From an uncultured Aliarcobacter sp. (GTDB taxonomy: Bacteria; Campylobacterota; Campylobacteria; Campylobacterales; Arcobacteraceae), in contig CAXXLV010000002.1 of the NCBI GenBank assembly GCA_963664305.2, positions 128,001 through 192,000 of the forward strand: a stretch of DNA of 64,000 bases, read 5' to 3'. A program made the translations under genes and the position numbers. The stretch's first letter is position 1. The number at the start of each line of letters is the position of its first letter. Below, one piece after another: positions 40,924-51,274 of this stretch. The notes under the pieces are model-generated. The model worked only from the letters and a program-made list of their open reading frames with translations, ran no database searches and was not told the DNA's origin.

Positions 40924-43482
40924 TTATTTAAAAGAGACAAAGTTTTGAGAAGGTTTTCCTATATGGTAACCTTGATAGTAATCTATTTCTAATTCGTCAA
41001 GAACTTTAACAATTTCTTCATTTTCTACAAACTCAGCAATTGCTTGAACTTCTAATTCTTTTGCAAGTGTAACGATACTATTTACAAAGGCTTTATCTTT
41101 TGCATCTTTATTGATATTTACAATAAAATCACCATCGATTTTTACATAATCTATTGGGAATTTTTTAATATAGTGAAATGACGAGAATCCTGCACCAAAA
41201 TCATCTATCGCAAATTTATAACCTTCTGATTTTAAAATATGTACAAATTTTTCAAGTAAAGAGAAGTTTTTAACAGTTTCTCTTTCCGTAATTTCAAATA
41301 CAATTTTTTCTTTTTGAATGTTATATTTATCAACAAAACTATTTATTTTATTTATAAAATCACCCATAATTAAAGATTTAGGTGAAAGATTAATAAATAA
41401 AATTCCTTCATAAGAAGTTTCTTGAATTTTTCTAAATGCTTTTTCAATAACCATTAAATCCATAGTATTGATTAAACCTCTTGCTTCTGCAATTTCAATA
41501 AATTCAAATGCAGATACAACTTTACCATCTTGATGAATTCTCATTAAAAGTTCATGGATTACTAAACCATTATTATTTGTAGAAGAAGGTTTTATTGGTT
41601 GGAAATAAGCTTCTATTTGGTCATTTTCAATTGCTTTTATGAGAAGTGATGATTTTTCTTGTTTTTGTTTTAAAATTGAAGATACATCTTTTTGATTTGG
41701 TATTTTTATTGAATTTTTACCTTCTTCTTTTGCTTGATACATCATTGAATCAGCAATAATAAACATATCTTTTTGTGATAAACTATGTGTTGGATAAACT
41801 GATATTCCTATTGAAATTGTAATACCAACTCTTGTTCCATCAGGAGCTATTAGTTTTTCTTGTTCTATTTTTTTAGAAATTCTATTTGCAACTGTCATTG
41901 CTCCATTTTCATCACATTCTGGAAGAATTATTGTAAATTCATCTCCTCCATATCTAGCAACTATATCTTCAGGTCTTTTTTCTTTTTCTAAAATATCAGC
42001 AACTGTTTGTAAAAATTTATCTCCAAAAGAGTGCCCGAAATTATCATTAATTGGTTTAAAATTATCACAATCTATTACCATAAGAGCAAAAGGATATTTA
42101 TGTCTTTCAGCACGTTTGATTTCATATGCCATCATATCATTGAATACTCTTTGATTAAATAAATCTGTAAGTGGATCACGTGCAGCATAATATTCTAAAT
42201 CTTGAGTATATTTATGAATAGCTTTAACAGAACCAACAAGGTTTGCCATAGTTGTTAAAATAGAATCAATTACAATATATCTAACAGGGTCATTTGAGAA
42301 TACAGATTGAAGACCAATTCCTACAATTCCCCCAATTTTTGGTGTATCTAAGAATAGAGATTTTGTTCTATATTCAATATCATCTTCTTTTAATTCAGTT
42401 AATGAAATATTTTTATTTGCAACGATATGTTTTATTGTAAAATCTGTCATTCCTTGGAAATAGTCAGACTCTTTAACAATAGTATTTATATATCTATCAA
42501 ACATATCTTTTTGATGTTGTTTTGGTATAGCTAACCAAAAAATATCAACTTCAAATTGGTCTTCACCAACTCTAAAAATAGTCATTAAGGTATATGTTTC
42601 CATAATTTTGTTAATTTCTATTAGTAAGTCACAAATATACTCTTTCCAATCTTTTACAACATCTGAAGTTATAATAAATTTATCTAAAAGTTTTATTTCA
42701 AACTCTAATAACTCTTTATCAACAGCAATACCTTTTAGTTTTGTAGCCATTGAATCTACATTTTTAATAATTCGATTAAACTCTTTGAAGTATAAATCAA
42801 TATCTTTTGAGTCAAAGTCTTTAAAATCTTGAATTGAATTGATATTTTCAACTTTGTTATTAAATAAATCTAAATTATCAGTGATTTTTCTGGTGGTATT
42901 TCTTGAAGATATAAAAGCAATAATATAAAAAAGAGGAACAATTATTAGAAAAAATGCAATAAATTGGTATTTTGATTCTCTAAATATTGTGTTTAGATTT
43001 TGTTTTACTTCCAATACTCCTAAAACTTCACCTTCTTCTATATTTATATGACAAGCTTTACAATCTGTTGTTGCTTTTAGTGGTAAAATATTTCTAACTA
43101 TATTATTTTCAAAACTGTCTAAGTTCTCAATTTTTCCATTTAATACATCAACTAAAGTAGCATCTTTTTGTTTCTCAGCAATTTCTCCAAAAAGTTGTTT
43201 TACTTTATCTCCTCTATAGATATTAACTTCATAGTTACTAGTTTGAAAATTGTCTTCTAAAGATTTTGTAAACATCATTACATCATCTCTACTCCAACCT
43301 TTTCGCATAACTTGATACATTGATGAAAATATTTGATTTGATATAGCTTTTGAGTGATTTAAGGCTTCTTCTTTTGTGAGTTTAGTGTGGATATATGTAC
43401 TAAAAATAAAACAGACTAGAAAAATAATAGATACTAGAATAATTTGCCTAGAAAATATGTAGTTTTTGAAAGTTTTTTTCAT
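40924..43482 (-). CDS. Membrane GGDEF/EAL protein with a periplasmic c-type-heme sensor
   Basis: Two TMs flanking CKACH; RPED I-site plus GGDEF; ELL, NLSP, EITE, DDFGAG, KIDG, AEFVE, QGY. ATG 43482 is likelier than TTG 43494. Confidence 0.92.
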   Translation of the reverse strand: MKKTFKNYIFSRQIILVSIIFLVCFIFSTYIHTKLTKEEALNHSKAISNQIFSSMYQVMRKGWSRDDVMMFTKSLEDNFQTSNYEVNIYRGDKVKQLFGEIAEKQKDATLVDVLNGKIENLDSFENNIVRNILPLKATTDCKACHINIEEGEVLGVLEVKQNLNTIFRESKYQFIAFFLIIVPLFYIIAFISSRNTTRKITDNLDLFNNKVENINSIQDFKDFDSKDIDLYFKEFNRIIKNVDSMATKLKGIAVDKELLEFEIKLLDKFIITSDVVKDWKEYICDLLIEINKIMETYTLMTIFRVGEDQFEVDIFWLAIPKQHQKDMFDRYINTIVKESDYFQGMTDFTIKHIVANKNISLTELKEDDIEYRTKSLFLDTPKIGGIVGIGLQSVFSNDPVRYIVIDSILTTMANLVGSVKAIHKYTQDLEYYAARDPLTDLFNQRVFNDMMAYEIKRAERHKYPFALMVIDCDNFKPINDNFGHSFGDKFLQTVADILEKEKRPEDIVARYGGDEFTIILPECDENGAMTVANRISKKIEQEKLIAPDGTRVGITISIGISVYPTHSLSQKDMFIIADSMMYQAKEEGKNSIKIPNQKDVSSILKQKQEKSSLLIKAIENDQIEAYFQPIKPSSTNNNGLVIHELLMRIHQDGKVVSAFEFIEIAEARGLINTMDLMVIEKAFRKIQETSYEGILFINLSPKSLIMGDFINKINSFVDKYNIQKEKIVFEITERETVKNFSLLEKFVHILKSEGYKFAIDDFGAGFSSFHYIKKFPIDYVKIDGDFIVNINKDAKDKAFVNSIVTLAKELEVQAIAEFVENEEIVKVLDELEIDYYQGYHIGKPSQNFVSFK

Positions 43483-43618
43483 TTTTAAATCCAAATTCTG
43501 AGAAATATAATCGCTATATTATCAGAAAAAAAATATTTAGTACAGAAAAAAGAGTAAAAAATGTTATTAAATAAGATAGAAACTTTATAAAAAGGCTTAA
43601 TTTAAGTTATTATTTATT

Positions 43619-43649
43619 TTAAAAGAGGGTTTTATAACCACTCTTTTAA
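43619..43649 (-). terminator. Terminator after the globin gene
   Basis: TTAAAAGAG-GGTT-TTAT-AACC-A-CTCTTTTAA overlapping the globin stop. Confidence 0.6.
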
Positions 43650-44080
43650 TCTTGAGGTGTATTTACCATCCAAATTGAGAAAATATCTAAATAATTCCAA
43701 AAAGATTGTTTTAAATCATCTGGCATATCTAAGTTCTTTAAAATAATAATGTAAGATTCAAGCCAAATTTTTCTTGCATTTGGAGTGATTCTAAAAGGTT
43801 GATGACGACCAACCATTTGTGGTGCACCTCTATTTTGATTAAAATAATCAGGACCTCCACAAATTTGGATAAAGAAATCAGCAGAGTGTTGTTTCGCAAG
43901 AGCAAATCCTTCATCAGTTGGAGGAAATAGTCCTTTAATATCACTTTGTCTTAATAAATCATAATGGTCAGAGATTAATTTTCTCATCCCTTCTTCACCT
44001 AAAAATTCTAGAACTTTTGGGTCTGGTTTTACAACAGGAGGTCTAATACCCATTGGTGCTTCTGTAATAGTAAATTGCAT
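43646..44080 (-). CDS. Truncated (2/2) hemoglobin, group II-like
   Basis: DHYD, GGPDYF...RGAPQMVGRHQPFRIT...W, matching the trHbO pattern. Confidence 0.85.
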   Translation of the reverse strand: MQFTITEAPMGIRPPVVKPDPKVLEFLGEEGMRKLISDHYDLLRQSDIKGLFPPTDEGFALAKQHSADFFIQICGGPDYFNQNRGAPQMVGRHQPFRITPNARKIWLESYIIILKNLDMPDDLKQSFWNYLDIFSIWMVNTPQD

Positions 44081-44222
44081 TTTTATTAACCTTTTAAAAA
44101 TATATAAATAATTTTACGCTAAAAGCGTTTTATATAATACAATATATTTGATTTTAAATAGTTTTTACGATTAAAAAAAGTTAACTATGTTAGAATACCG
44201 AGATTTAAAAATTAGGATTTTG

Positions 44223-44819
44223 ATGCATAAAAATATGAACTCTATAATCGAATGTTATAGTTGTGGATTATTTATAAAAAAAGAGGCAAAAAAGAATGCC
44301 ACTTTTCGATGTCCAAGATGTAATAGTAAATTAGAAATCAATAAAAAACACTCTAACGATTCTTTATATTACGCGATTTCAGCGCTTTTATTATTTGGCA
44401 TTTTAAATATCTATCCAATTATAACTTTGAATATAAATGAGAGTGAATTAAAAGCAACTTTAGTTGGAACAGTCTCAATTTTACTTGAACAAAACTTCTT
44501 TTTTGTTGGTTTAGTTGTTTTTTTTACTATTATTTTTGCTCCTATTTCAAACTCTTTAATAATTATTTTTGCTTTTATACAAAAGAAAACAAAAGTCAAA
44601 TTGTTTACAAAAACATTATTACATGATAGTTTTTATTTTTTTAAGCATTGGGGATTTATTGAAGTTTTTATAATAAGTATTATTGTTACATATATAAAAC
44701 TTGTTGGAATGGTTAGTTCTACAAAATTTGATATAGGATTTTATGTACTTTTAGCTTATATTTTTTGTTTTTATATGTCTAATGTGAAATTTGAGGGTAA
44801 AAGTGTATTTGGAGAATAG
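44223..44819 (+). CDS. PqiA/LetA-family half-size membrane protein (N-terminal half)
   Basis: CYSC...CPRC zinc ribbon plus TMs, WGFIEVF, YIKL. ATG 44223 follows AGGA. Confidence 0.88.
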   Translation: MHKNMNSIIECYSCGLFIKKEAKKNATFRCPRCNSKLEINKKHSNDSLYYAISALLLFGILNIYPIITLNINESELKATLVGTVSILLEQNFFFVGLVVFFTIIFAPISNSLIIIFAFIQKKTKVKLFTKTLLHDSFYFFKHWGFIEVFIISIIVTYIKLVGMVSSTKFDIGFYVLLAYIFCFYMSNVKFEGKSVFGE

Positions 44820-45401
44820 ATGGTTTTAATCTCTTGTAAAAATTGTCATAAAGTATATGAAAAAGAAAATTATGATGATTTTATTTGTACTAGATGTAAA
44901 CATAAAGTTACAAGAAGAGTTAAAAACTCTTTACAAGTATCTTTAGCTTTAGTTATTTGTGCGATATTATTGTATATACCTGCGATGGTTTATCCAATAA
45001 TGGAAGTAACAAAACTAGGTGTTCAAGTAGAAAGTACAATTTTAGAAGGTGTAATCAGCTTTTTAAATATGGAGAGTTATTTTATAGCTATTGTAATTTT
45101 TACAGCAAGTGTGGCAATACCTATGATTAAACTAGTTGGTTTGCTTTTCATATTTGTATCTCTAAAAATAAATGTAAAAATGGAAAATAAAACAAAAAAT
45201 TTGATATATAAATTTATTGAAGCAATAGGAAAATGGTCAATGATAGATATTTATGTAGTTGCAATTTTAGCTTCTGTTGTTCAACTTGATGAAATTTTTA
45301 ATATAAAAGGGGGAATTGCTGCAACCTCTTTTGCTTTAATGGTGATTTTAACAATGATAGCAGCAAATAGATTTGATACAAGGATTATTTGGGATGAGTA
45401 A
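44820..45401 (+). CDS. PqiA/LetA-family half-size membrane protein (C-terminal half)
   Basis: CKNC...CTRC, LYIPA..YP, STILEGV, IGKWSMIDIYVV, FDTRIIWD. Confidence 0.92.
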   Translation: MVLISCKNCHKVYEKENYDDFICTRCKHKVTRRVKNSLQVSLALVICAILLYIPAMVYPIMEVTKLGVQVESTILEGVISFLNMESYFIAIVIFTASVAIPMIKLVGLLFIFVSLKINVKMENKTKNLIYKFIEAIGKWSMIDIYVVAILASVVQLDEIFNIKGGIAATSFALMVILTMIAANRFDTRIIWDE

Positions 45402-48060
45402 AGATTTAGTAAAAGAAGATGAATTGAAAGATATAGTTTATCAACCAAAGATTGAAGATAAAAAATCAGTATCATTTATTTGGATTTTACCTTTAATTAT
45501 ATTGGGAATTTTAGGTTGGATTGCTTATGAATCTTATATGAAAAAAGGTACAAAAATCACTGTTGTATTCAAAAGTGCAGAAGGTTTAAAAGAGGGTATT
45601 ACTCCTTTGGAATATAAAGGTTTACAACTTGGAAAAGTTACAAAAATCTCTATGCATGAAGATTTAAAAAGTGTAAAAGTAAATATTTTAGTAGATAATG
45701 ATGTGGCAAAATATGTTGCAAGTGAAAGTTCAGAATTTTGGATAAAAAAACCAACAGTTTCTTTAACAAAAGTATCAGGACTTAATACTTTGATTAGTGG
45801 TTATAAAATTGAACTTTCTCCAAAATTTAAAACACAAGAAGAGTATAACCAAGGTGTAAAAAAAGACTACTTTAAAGGACTAGATTCTCCTCCAAATGAT
45901 GAGTTTGATGACAATGGATATTATATTTCTTTGATAGCAAATGATAAAAGTAATATCGAAGTTGGAACACCAATATTTTATAATAAATTCCAAATTGGGG
46001 AAATAACAGCAAAAGAGTTTATATTTGAAAAAGTTTATTTTACAGCTTATATTTATGATAAATTTAACTATTTAGTAAACAAAAGCTCAAAATTTGTAAT
46101 AAATGAAGCTCTAAAAGTAAAATATGGAGCAAGTGGATTAAATGTTGAATTAGGTTCTTTATATTCAGCTTTAGTTGGAGGAGTTACTGTTGTAACACCT
46201 GATAAAAATGATACAAAAATTTCAAAAGATGAAGTTTACGTTTTATATGGAAAAGAAGATGATTTAAAAAACAAAGAGTATTTCACTATCAATTTTGCTG
46301 ATGTAAATGGAATAGAAGAAGGAACACCAATTATTTATAAGGGTATTGAAGTTGGAGAGATTTTAGAAGTTACTTTAAATAAAGAAACTTTAAATACAAA
46401 AGCTTATATTTATGATGAGTATAAATATTTACTTACAAAAAATACAAAGTTTTTTGTTGAAGAGCCAACTATTTCTTTAGATGGAGTGAAAAATTTAGGA
46501 AATATAGTAAAAGGTAACTTTATCTCTTTAGAGTATAAAAAAGGTGATTTTACAAATAATTTTAATGCAATAAATAAAAAAGATTTAAATAAAATTAGCA
46601 ACACAATAAAAGTTGAATTATTAAGTGAAAATCTAAATTCTATTTCTGATAAATCAAAAGTTTATTATAAAAATATAGAAATAGGAAATGTTGATAGTTA
46701 TACTTTAACACCAGATTTGAAAAATGTAAAAATCACTATTTTAATTGATGATAAATATAAAGATTTAGTAAATGACAATACACTTTTTTATGATATGAGT
46801 TCAAAACTTGTTGAGATGAAAAGTTTAAATTTAAATGTAAATTATAGTGGAATAGAGCCATTGTTAAATGGTGCTATTGGAATCATAGCTGAAAAAAAAG
46901 CTAATGAAAAACTTACAAAAAATGAATTTAAACTTTATAGTTCTTTTAAAGATGTAGAAAGACTTAAAAGATTTTATAATAGTGGATTTACTATTGAAGC
47001 AGATTTTGATAACAGCTTTGAAATAAAACAAGATATGGCAATAGTTTATAAAAATCAAGAGATAGGTTTTGTTAAAGATATAAAATTTGATGATAAAAAA
47101 TCAAAAGTTAATCTATTTATTTACTCTCCATATAAAAAATACATAACAGATAAAAGTAGATTTTTCAAACAAGGAATTGTTAATTTTAAAGCTAGTTTAT
47201 CAGGTGTTATTTTTGAAGTTGATAACTTTTCATCTTTGATTGATGGTTCTATTCATTTAGATAACTCTTCAACTACAACTTTGAGTAAATACCAAATCTT
47301 TGCTTCTGAAGATGAAATGAATAAAGCTATAAATAGTGTAACTATAGTTTTTGATGATGTAGAAGGCTTACAAGAAAACTTTTCACAACTAACTTATAAA
47401 GGTGTAAATGTTGGGAAAATAAAAAAAATCTCTTTAAATGAACAACAAAAAGTTGAAGTTCAAGCTTTGATTTATGATGATTATTCATCTTTTGCAAAAG
47501 AGGGAACAGTTTATTATTTAAAAAAACCTAGAATATCTTTACAAGAGATTGCAAATGCAGGTTCAACTGTAATGGCTGTTAATATTGGGGTAATTAAAAG
47601 TGAAAGTCTAAATAGACAAACAAAATTTGTTGGACTAGAAACTCAACCTTCAGTTGAAAAATCACAATTTGGAACAGTATTTAAAGTAGAAGATGTAACA
47701 GCATCAAGCGTAAATGTTGATGCACCAGTTTATTATAAAAATGTACAAATTGGAAAAGTAAGTAAAATTGACTTAAGTGAAGATGGTTCTAAAGTTGTAG
47801 TTGATTGTTTGATTTATGATAAATATACAAAACTTATTAGAAAAAATTCAGAATTTTATGACATAAGTGGTTTTGAGATGAAATTCTCTATTTTTAGTGG
47901 TTCTAAAATTGAATCAAATACTTTTACAAGTTTATTAAAAGGTGGTTTAGTTGTAGTTACTCCTTATGAATATGGTGAAATAGCAAATCCAAAAGATAAA
48001 TTTACTTTAGTAAAAACATTAAGAGAAGATTGGAAAAGTATAAGTCCAAGTATAAAATAA
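45394..48060 (+). CDS. Seven-MCE-domain lipid transport protein (LetB/YebT-like)
   Basis: N-terminal TM (IWILPLI) and seven Y(K/N)xxxxG MCE motifs. ATG 45394 overlaps the upstream gene. Confidence 0.9.
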   Translation: MSKDLVKEDELKDIVYQPKIEDKKSVSFIWILPLIILGILGWIAYESYMKKGTKITVVFKSAEGLKEGITPLEYKGLQLGKVTKISMHEDLKSVKVNILVDNDVAKYVASESSEFWIKKPTVSLTKVSGLNTLISGYKIELSPKFKTQEEYNQGVKKDYFKGLDSPPNDEFDDNGYYISLIANDKSNIEVGTPIFYNKFQIGEITAKEFIFEKVYFTAYIYDKFNYLVNKSSKFVINEALKVKYGASGLNVELGSLYSALVGGVTVVTPDKNDTKISKDEVYVLYGKEDDLKNKEYFTINFADVNGIEEGTPIIYKGIEVGEILEVTLNKETLNTKAYIYDEYKYLLTKNTKFFVEEPTISLDGVKNLGNIVKGNFISLEYKKGDFTNNFNAINKKDLNKISNTIKVELLSENLNSISDKSKVYYKNIEIGNVDSYTLTPDLKNVKITILIDDKYKDLVNDNTLFYDMSSKLVEMKSLNLNVNYSGIEPLLNGAIGIIAEKKANEKLTKNEFKLYSSFKDVERLKRFYNSGFTIEADFDNSFEIKQDMAIVYKNQEIGFVKDIKFDDKKSKVNLFIYSPYKKYITDKSRFFKQGIVNFKASLSGVIFEVDNFSSLIDGSIHLDNSSTTTLSKYQIFASEDEMNKAINSVTIVFDDVEGLQENFSQLTYKGVNVGKIKKISLNEQQKVEVQALIYDDYSSFAKEGTVYYLKKPRISLQEIANAGSTVMAVNIGVIKSESLNRQTKFVGLETQPSVEKSQFGTVFKVEDVTASSVNVDAPVYYKNVQIGKVSKIDLSEDGSKVVVDCLIYDKYTKLIRKNSEFYDISGFEMKFSIFSGSKIESNTFTSLLKGGLVVVTPYEYGEIANPKDKFTLVKTLREDWKSISPSIK

Positions 48061-48069
48061 AGGAAAAAA

Positions 48070-49362
48070 TTGTTAAACAATAATTTTTTAAGAATTTTAG
48101 TTTCTGGTGGGATTGCTACAGTTTTACAAAGAAGTTTAGGATTAAATCCTATCTCTTTGGAAGGATTTGTCTTTTTTTTATTGATTTTTTCAACAGTTAG
48201 TTATTTTTGGATATTTATTTTTCCAATGAAAAAAGAGGATTTAAGTCAAGAGGAAAAAGAGAAACTACTAAAACAAAAAGAGTTAAATAAAAAAATTTAT
48301 TTTGAGTACATAAAAAAATTTGTTGTTATAGTTTTTTCTTTAATTTGTTTAAATATTATTGTAAATTTTTTATCTTTTAAAACAGGATTATTTGATGATA
48401 GTTTTAAATATAGATTTAATACAAAAAAAGCTATTTCTTTAAATTTGGATAATGAAAATCTTGTAAAAGATATTCGACTTTATGATGAGTTTTACTCTTT
48501 ATATAAAAAAGATGGAAAATATTTTTTAGTTCAAAAAAATGAAGAATCAAATAAATATATTTTAACTCTTTATTCAAGTTTTTATATTTCAGATATTTTT
48601 GATAATTTAAAAGATGAAGAGAATTTTTTGGATATTTTAGAAAATATTTCTCCAACACTTTACAAAGAGATAACTTTTCAAGATTTTATTTTTAAACCTT
48701 TGTGGTTTTTTAATAATTCAAAAGATATTTATTGGTTAAGTGAAGATATTGAGTTTTATAAAAATGAGTATAAAAAATATATTGAACAAAAAAAAGCAAA
48801 AGAGAAAGAAGAAAAATATAAATCTTTGTTAAATAAAGATTTACAAAATCTAAGTGAAATAGAGTTGTTTAATCTTTTGAAAGATATTTATAAAATAAAT
48901 GCTTTTACGGAAGAAGAGAGTTATTTAATAGCTATTTTTAATGAACTTGATAAAAGAGATAAAAATAAAACAAAAAATTTGAATATAGATGCTTATAGAT
49001 TTGCTTTACTCGCATATTTTCATTTATATAAAACAAAAGTAGAGTTAAATTATATTTTGAAAAAATATGAAAAAGGTGTTGTTTATGCCTTTGATTTTTG
49101 GGATTTAAAACCTGATGTAAATATAAAGTTTTCCCACGCTAGATTTGTAAATCTAAAAAGTGATGAAGTAACGGTTTTTTATCAAGAGAATTTACAAAAT
49201 ATTGAAGTTTTAGGAAATGAAATAGTTGTTACTCAAAAAGATGGAACAAAAATCTCTTTAGGATTTTTTGAAAAAGAGGATGTAGAAACTATAAAAAACA
49301 AATTATCTATTTTAATAAGAGATGTTTATTTGGTTCAAAATATTTATAATAAGTTGAAATAA
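48070..49362 (+). CDS. Hypothetical membrane protein
   Basis: TTG start after AAGGA; about 3 N-terminal TMs and a large soluble domain. Confidence 0.75.
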   Translation: MLNNNFLRILVSGGIATVLQRSLGLNPISLEGFVFFLLIFSTVSYFWIFIFPMKKEDLSQEEKEKLLKQKELNKKIYFEYIKKFVVIVFSLICLNIIVNFLSFKTGLFDDSFKYRFNTKKAISLNLDNENLVKDIRLYDEFYSLYKKDGKYFLVQKNEESNKYILTLYSSFYISDIFDNLKDEENFLDILENISPTLYKEITFQDFIFKPLWFFNNSKDIYWLSEDIEFYKNEYKKYIEQKKAKEKEEKYKSLLNKDLQNLSEIELFNLLKDIYKINAFTEEESYLIAIFNELDKRDKNKTKNLNIDAYRFALLAYFHLYKTKVELNYILKKYEKGVVYAFDFWDLKPDVNIKFSHARFVNLKSDEVTVFYQENLQNIEVLGNEIVVTQKDGTKISLGFFEKEDVETIKNKLSILIRDVYLVQNIYNKLK

Positions 49363-49371
49363 GGATTTTAG

Positions 49372-50085
49372 ATGACTTATGTGATTGGTGATGTTCATGG
49401 AGAGTTTGATTGTCTAAGAAGATTAGTAAATAAACTTCCAAAAGAAGCTAAACTTATTTTTGTTGGTGATTTAGTTGATAGGGGAAGAAAATCAAAAGAA
49501 GTAGTGGAATTTGTAAAAAATAACAATCATTTATGCACTCTTGGAAATCATGAAAAAATGATGATTGAGTATGTAGAGGAGTTTGAAAAAACATATCCAA
49601 CTCTTCCTTGTATGGTCTATTATCATAGATGGATACACAATGGTGGGAAACAAACACTTCTTTCTTATGGTGTAATTGAACTTGATAAAAGTGATGGAAA
49701 GTTAGTTTGTGTTGAAGATAAAGAAAAATTTCAAAGACTTTTAGATGATGTGAAGTGGTTAAAAACTTTACCTTTATATATAGAGTTAGAAGCTAAAAAA
49801 AATGATAAACCAATAGTAATTTCTCATGCTTCTATGGCTGATGTTTGGTATTTAAAAGATGATGAAAAAAAACAAGAAACTATAGAAGAGTATGCTTTAT
49901 GGAATAGAAAAGAACCAAAAATTGATGTTCCAATTTTTAATATTTTTGGTCATACTATTCAAAAAGAAGTAGATTTGACAAAACATTTTATAGATGTTGA
50001 TACTGGATGTTGTTATGCAGATAAAGGTTATGGAAAACTTAGTGCTTATTGTGTAGAAACAAATCAAGTTATTTTTAGTGAATAA
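49372..50085 (+). CDS. PPP-family Ser/Thr phosphatase-like metallophosphoesterase
   Basis: GDVHG, GDLVDRG, GNHE, FGHT, DTG. Confidence 0.93.
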   Translation: MTYVIGDVHGEFDCLRRLVNKLPKEAKLIFVGDLVDRGRKSKEVVEFVKNNNHLCTLGNHEKMMIEYVEEFEKTYPTLPCMVYYHRWIHNGGKQTLLSYGVIELDKSDGKLVCVEDKEKFQRLLDDVKWLKTLPLYIELEAKKNDKPIVISHASMADVWYLKDDEKKQETIEEYALWNRKEPKIDVPIFNIFGHTIQKEVDLTKHFIDVDTGCCYADKGYGKLSAYCVETNQVIFSE

Positions 50086-50160
50086 AATAATTTTTTGTAT
50101 AGAATTTATGAGGAATTTTGCTATCATTTAAGAAATAAAGCTTAAATATTAAGGTTTTTT

Positions 50161-51273
50161 ATGCAAGACAATAAAACTCATAAACAAACAATTTTAGTTG
50201 TAGATGATACTCCTGATAATCTTTTTTTAGTATCAAATTTACTAAAAGATTTATATTGTGTGAAAGTTGCAAATAGTGGCGAAAAAGCCTTAAAATATCT
50301 TTTTGAAACAAATATTCCTCCTGATTTAATTCTGCTTGATATTATGATGCCAGTCTTGAGCGGTTATGATGTTTTAAAAAAAATAAAAGAAAATCCCAAA
50401 TTAAGTGCTATTCCAATTATATTTTTAACTGCAAAAAGTTCTGTTGAAGATGAAAAAATAGGCTTAGAATTAGGAGCTAGTGATTATATTGTAAAACCAA
50501 TTTCTCCTCCAATTTTATTAGCTCGTGTTAAAACACAACTTGAAAATAAAGCTGCTGCTGATTTTCTAAAAGACCATAATGTATTTTTAGAAAAAGAGAT
50601 TCAAAAAAGAACTCAAGAAATAGTTGCTATTCAAGATGTTACTATTTTTGCAATGGCATCTTTAGCTGAAACAAGAGACAATGAGACAGGAAATCATATT
50701 AGAAGAACAAGAAATTATGTAAAAGTTCTTGCTTTGAAACTACAAAATCATCCAAAATTCAAAGATTATTTAACTGATGATATGATTAACACTTTATATA
50801 AATCTGCTCCTTTACATGATATTGGAAAAATTGGAATTCCTGACCATATCTTATTAAAACCTGGAAAATTAACTCCTGAAGAGTTTGAAGTTATGAAAAC
50901 TCACACAACTTTGGGAAAAGAGGCGATTGAACATGCTGAAAATCAACTAGGATTTGAGGTTGATTTTTTAAAAACTGCTAAGGAGATAGCTTATTCTCAT
51001 CAAGAAAAATATGATGGTTCAGGATATCCTTTAGGATTAAAATGTGATGAAATACCAATTAGTGCAAGACTTATGACAGTTGCTGATGTTTATGATGCGC
51101 TAATAAGTAGAAGAGTTTATAAAGAGAGTTTCGATTTAGATGTAACAATAAAAATAATGAAAGAAGGGCGAGGAACTCATTTTGACCCTGATATGATAGA
51201 TGCATTTTTAGAAATAAAAGATGAGTTTGAAAAAATAGCAGAAAGTTTTAACGATAAACATAACGAGGAATAA
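50161..51273 (+). CDS. REC + HD-GYP c-di-GMP phosphodiesterase response regulator (RpfG-like)
   Basis: VDD, LLDIMMP; ETGNH, LHDIGK, HQEKYDGSGYP, ADVYDAL, HFDP. Confidence 0.95.
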   Translation: MQDNKTHKQTILVVDDTPDNLFLVSNLLKDLYCVKVANSGEKALKYLFETNIPPDLILLDIMMPVLSGYDVLKKIKENPKLSAIPIIFLTAKSSVEDEKIGLELGASDYIVKPISPPILLARVKTQLENKAAADFLKDHNVFLEKEIQKRTQEIVAIQDVTIFAMASLAETRDNETGNHIRRTRNYVKVLALKLQNHPKFKDYLTDDMINTLYKSAPLHDIGKIGIPDHILLKPGKLTPEEFEVMKTHTTLGKEAIEHAENQLGFEVDFLKTAKEIAYSHQEKYDGSGYPLGLKCDEIPISARLMTVADVYDALISRRVYKESFDLDVTIKIMKEGRGTHFDPDMIDAFLEIKDEFEKIAESFNDKHNEE

Positions 51274-51274
51274 A

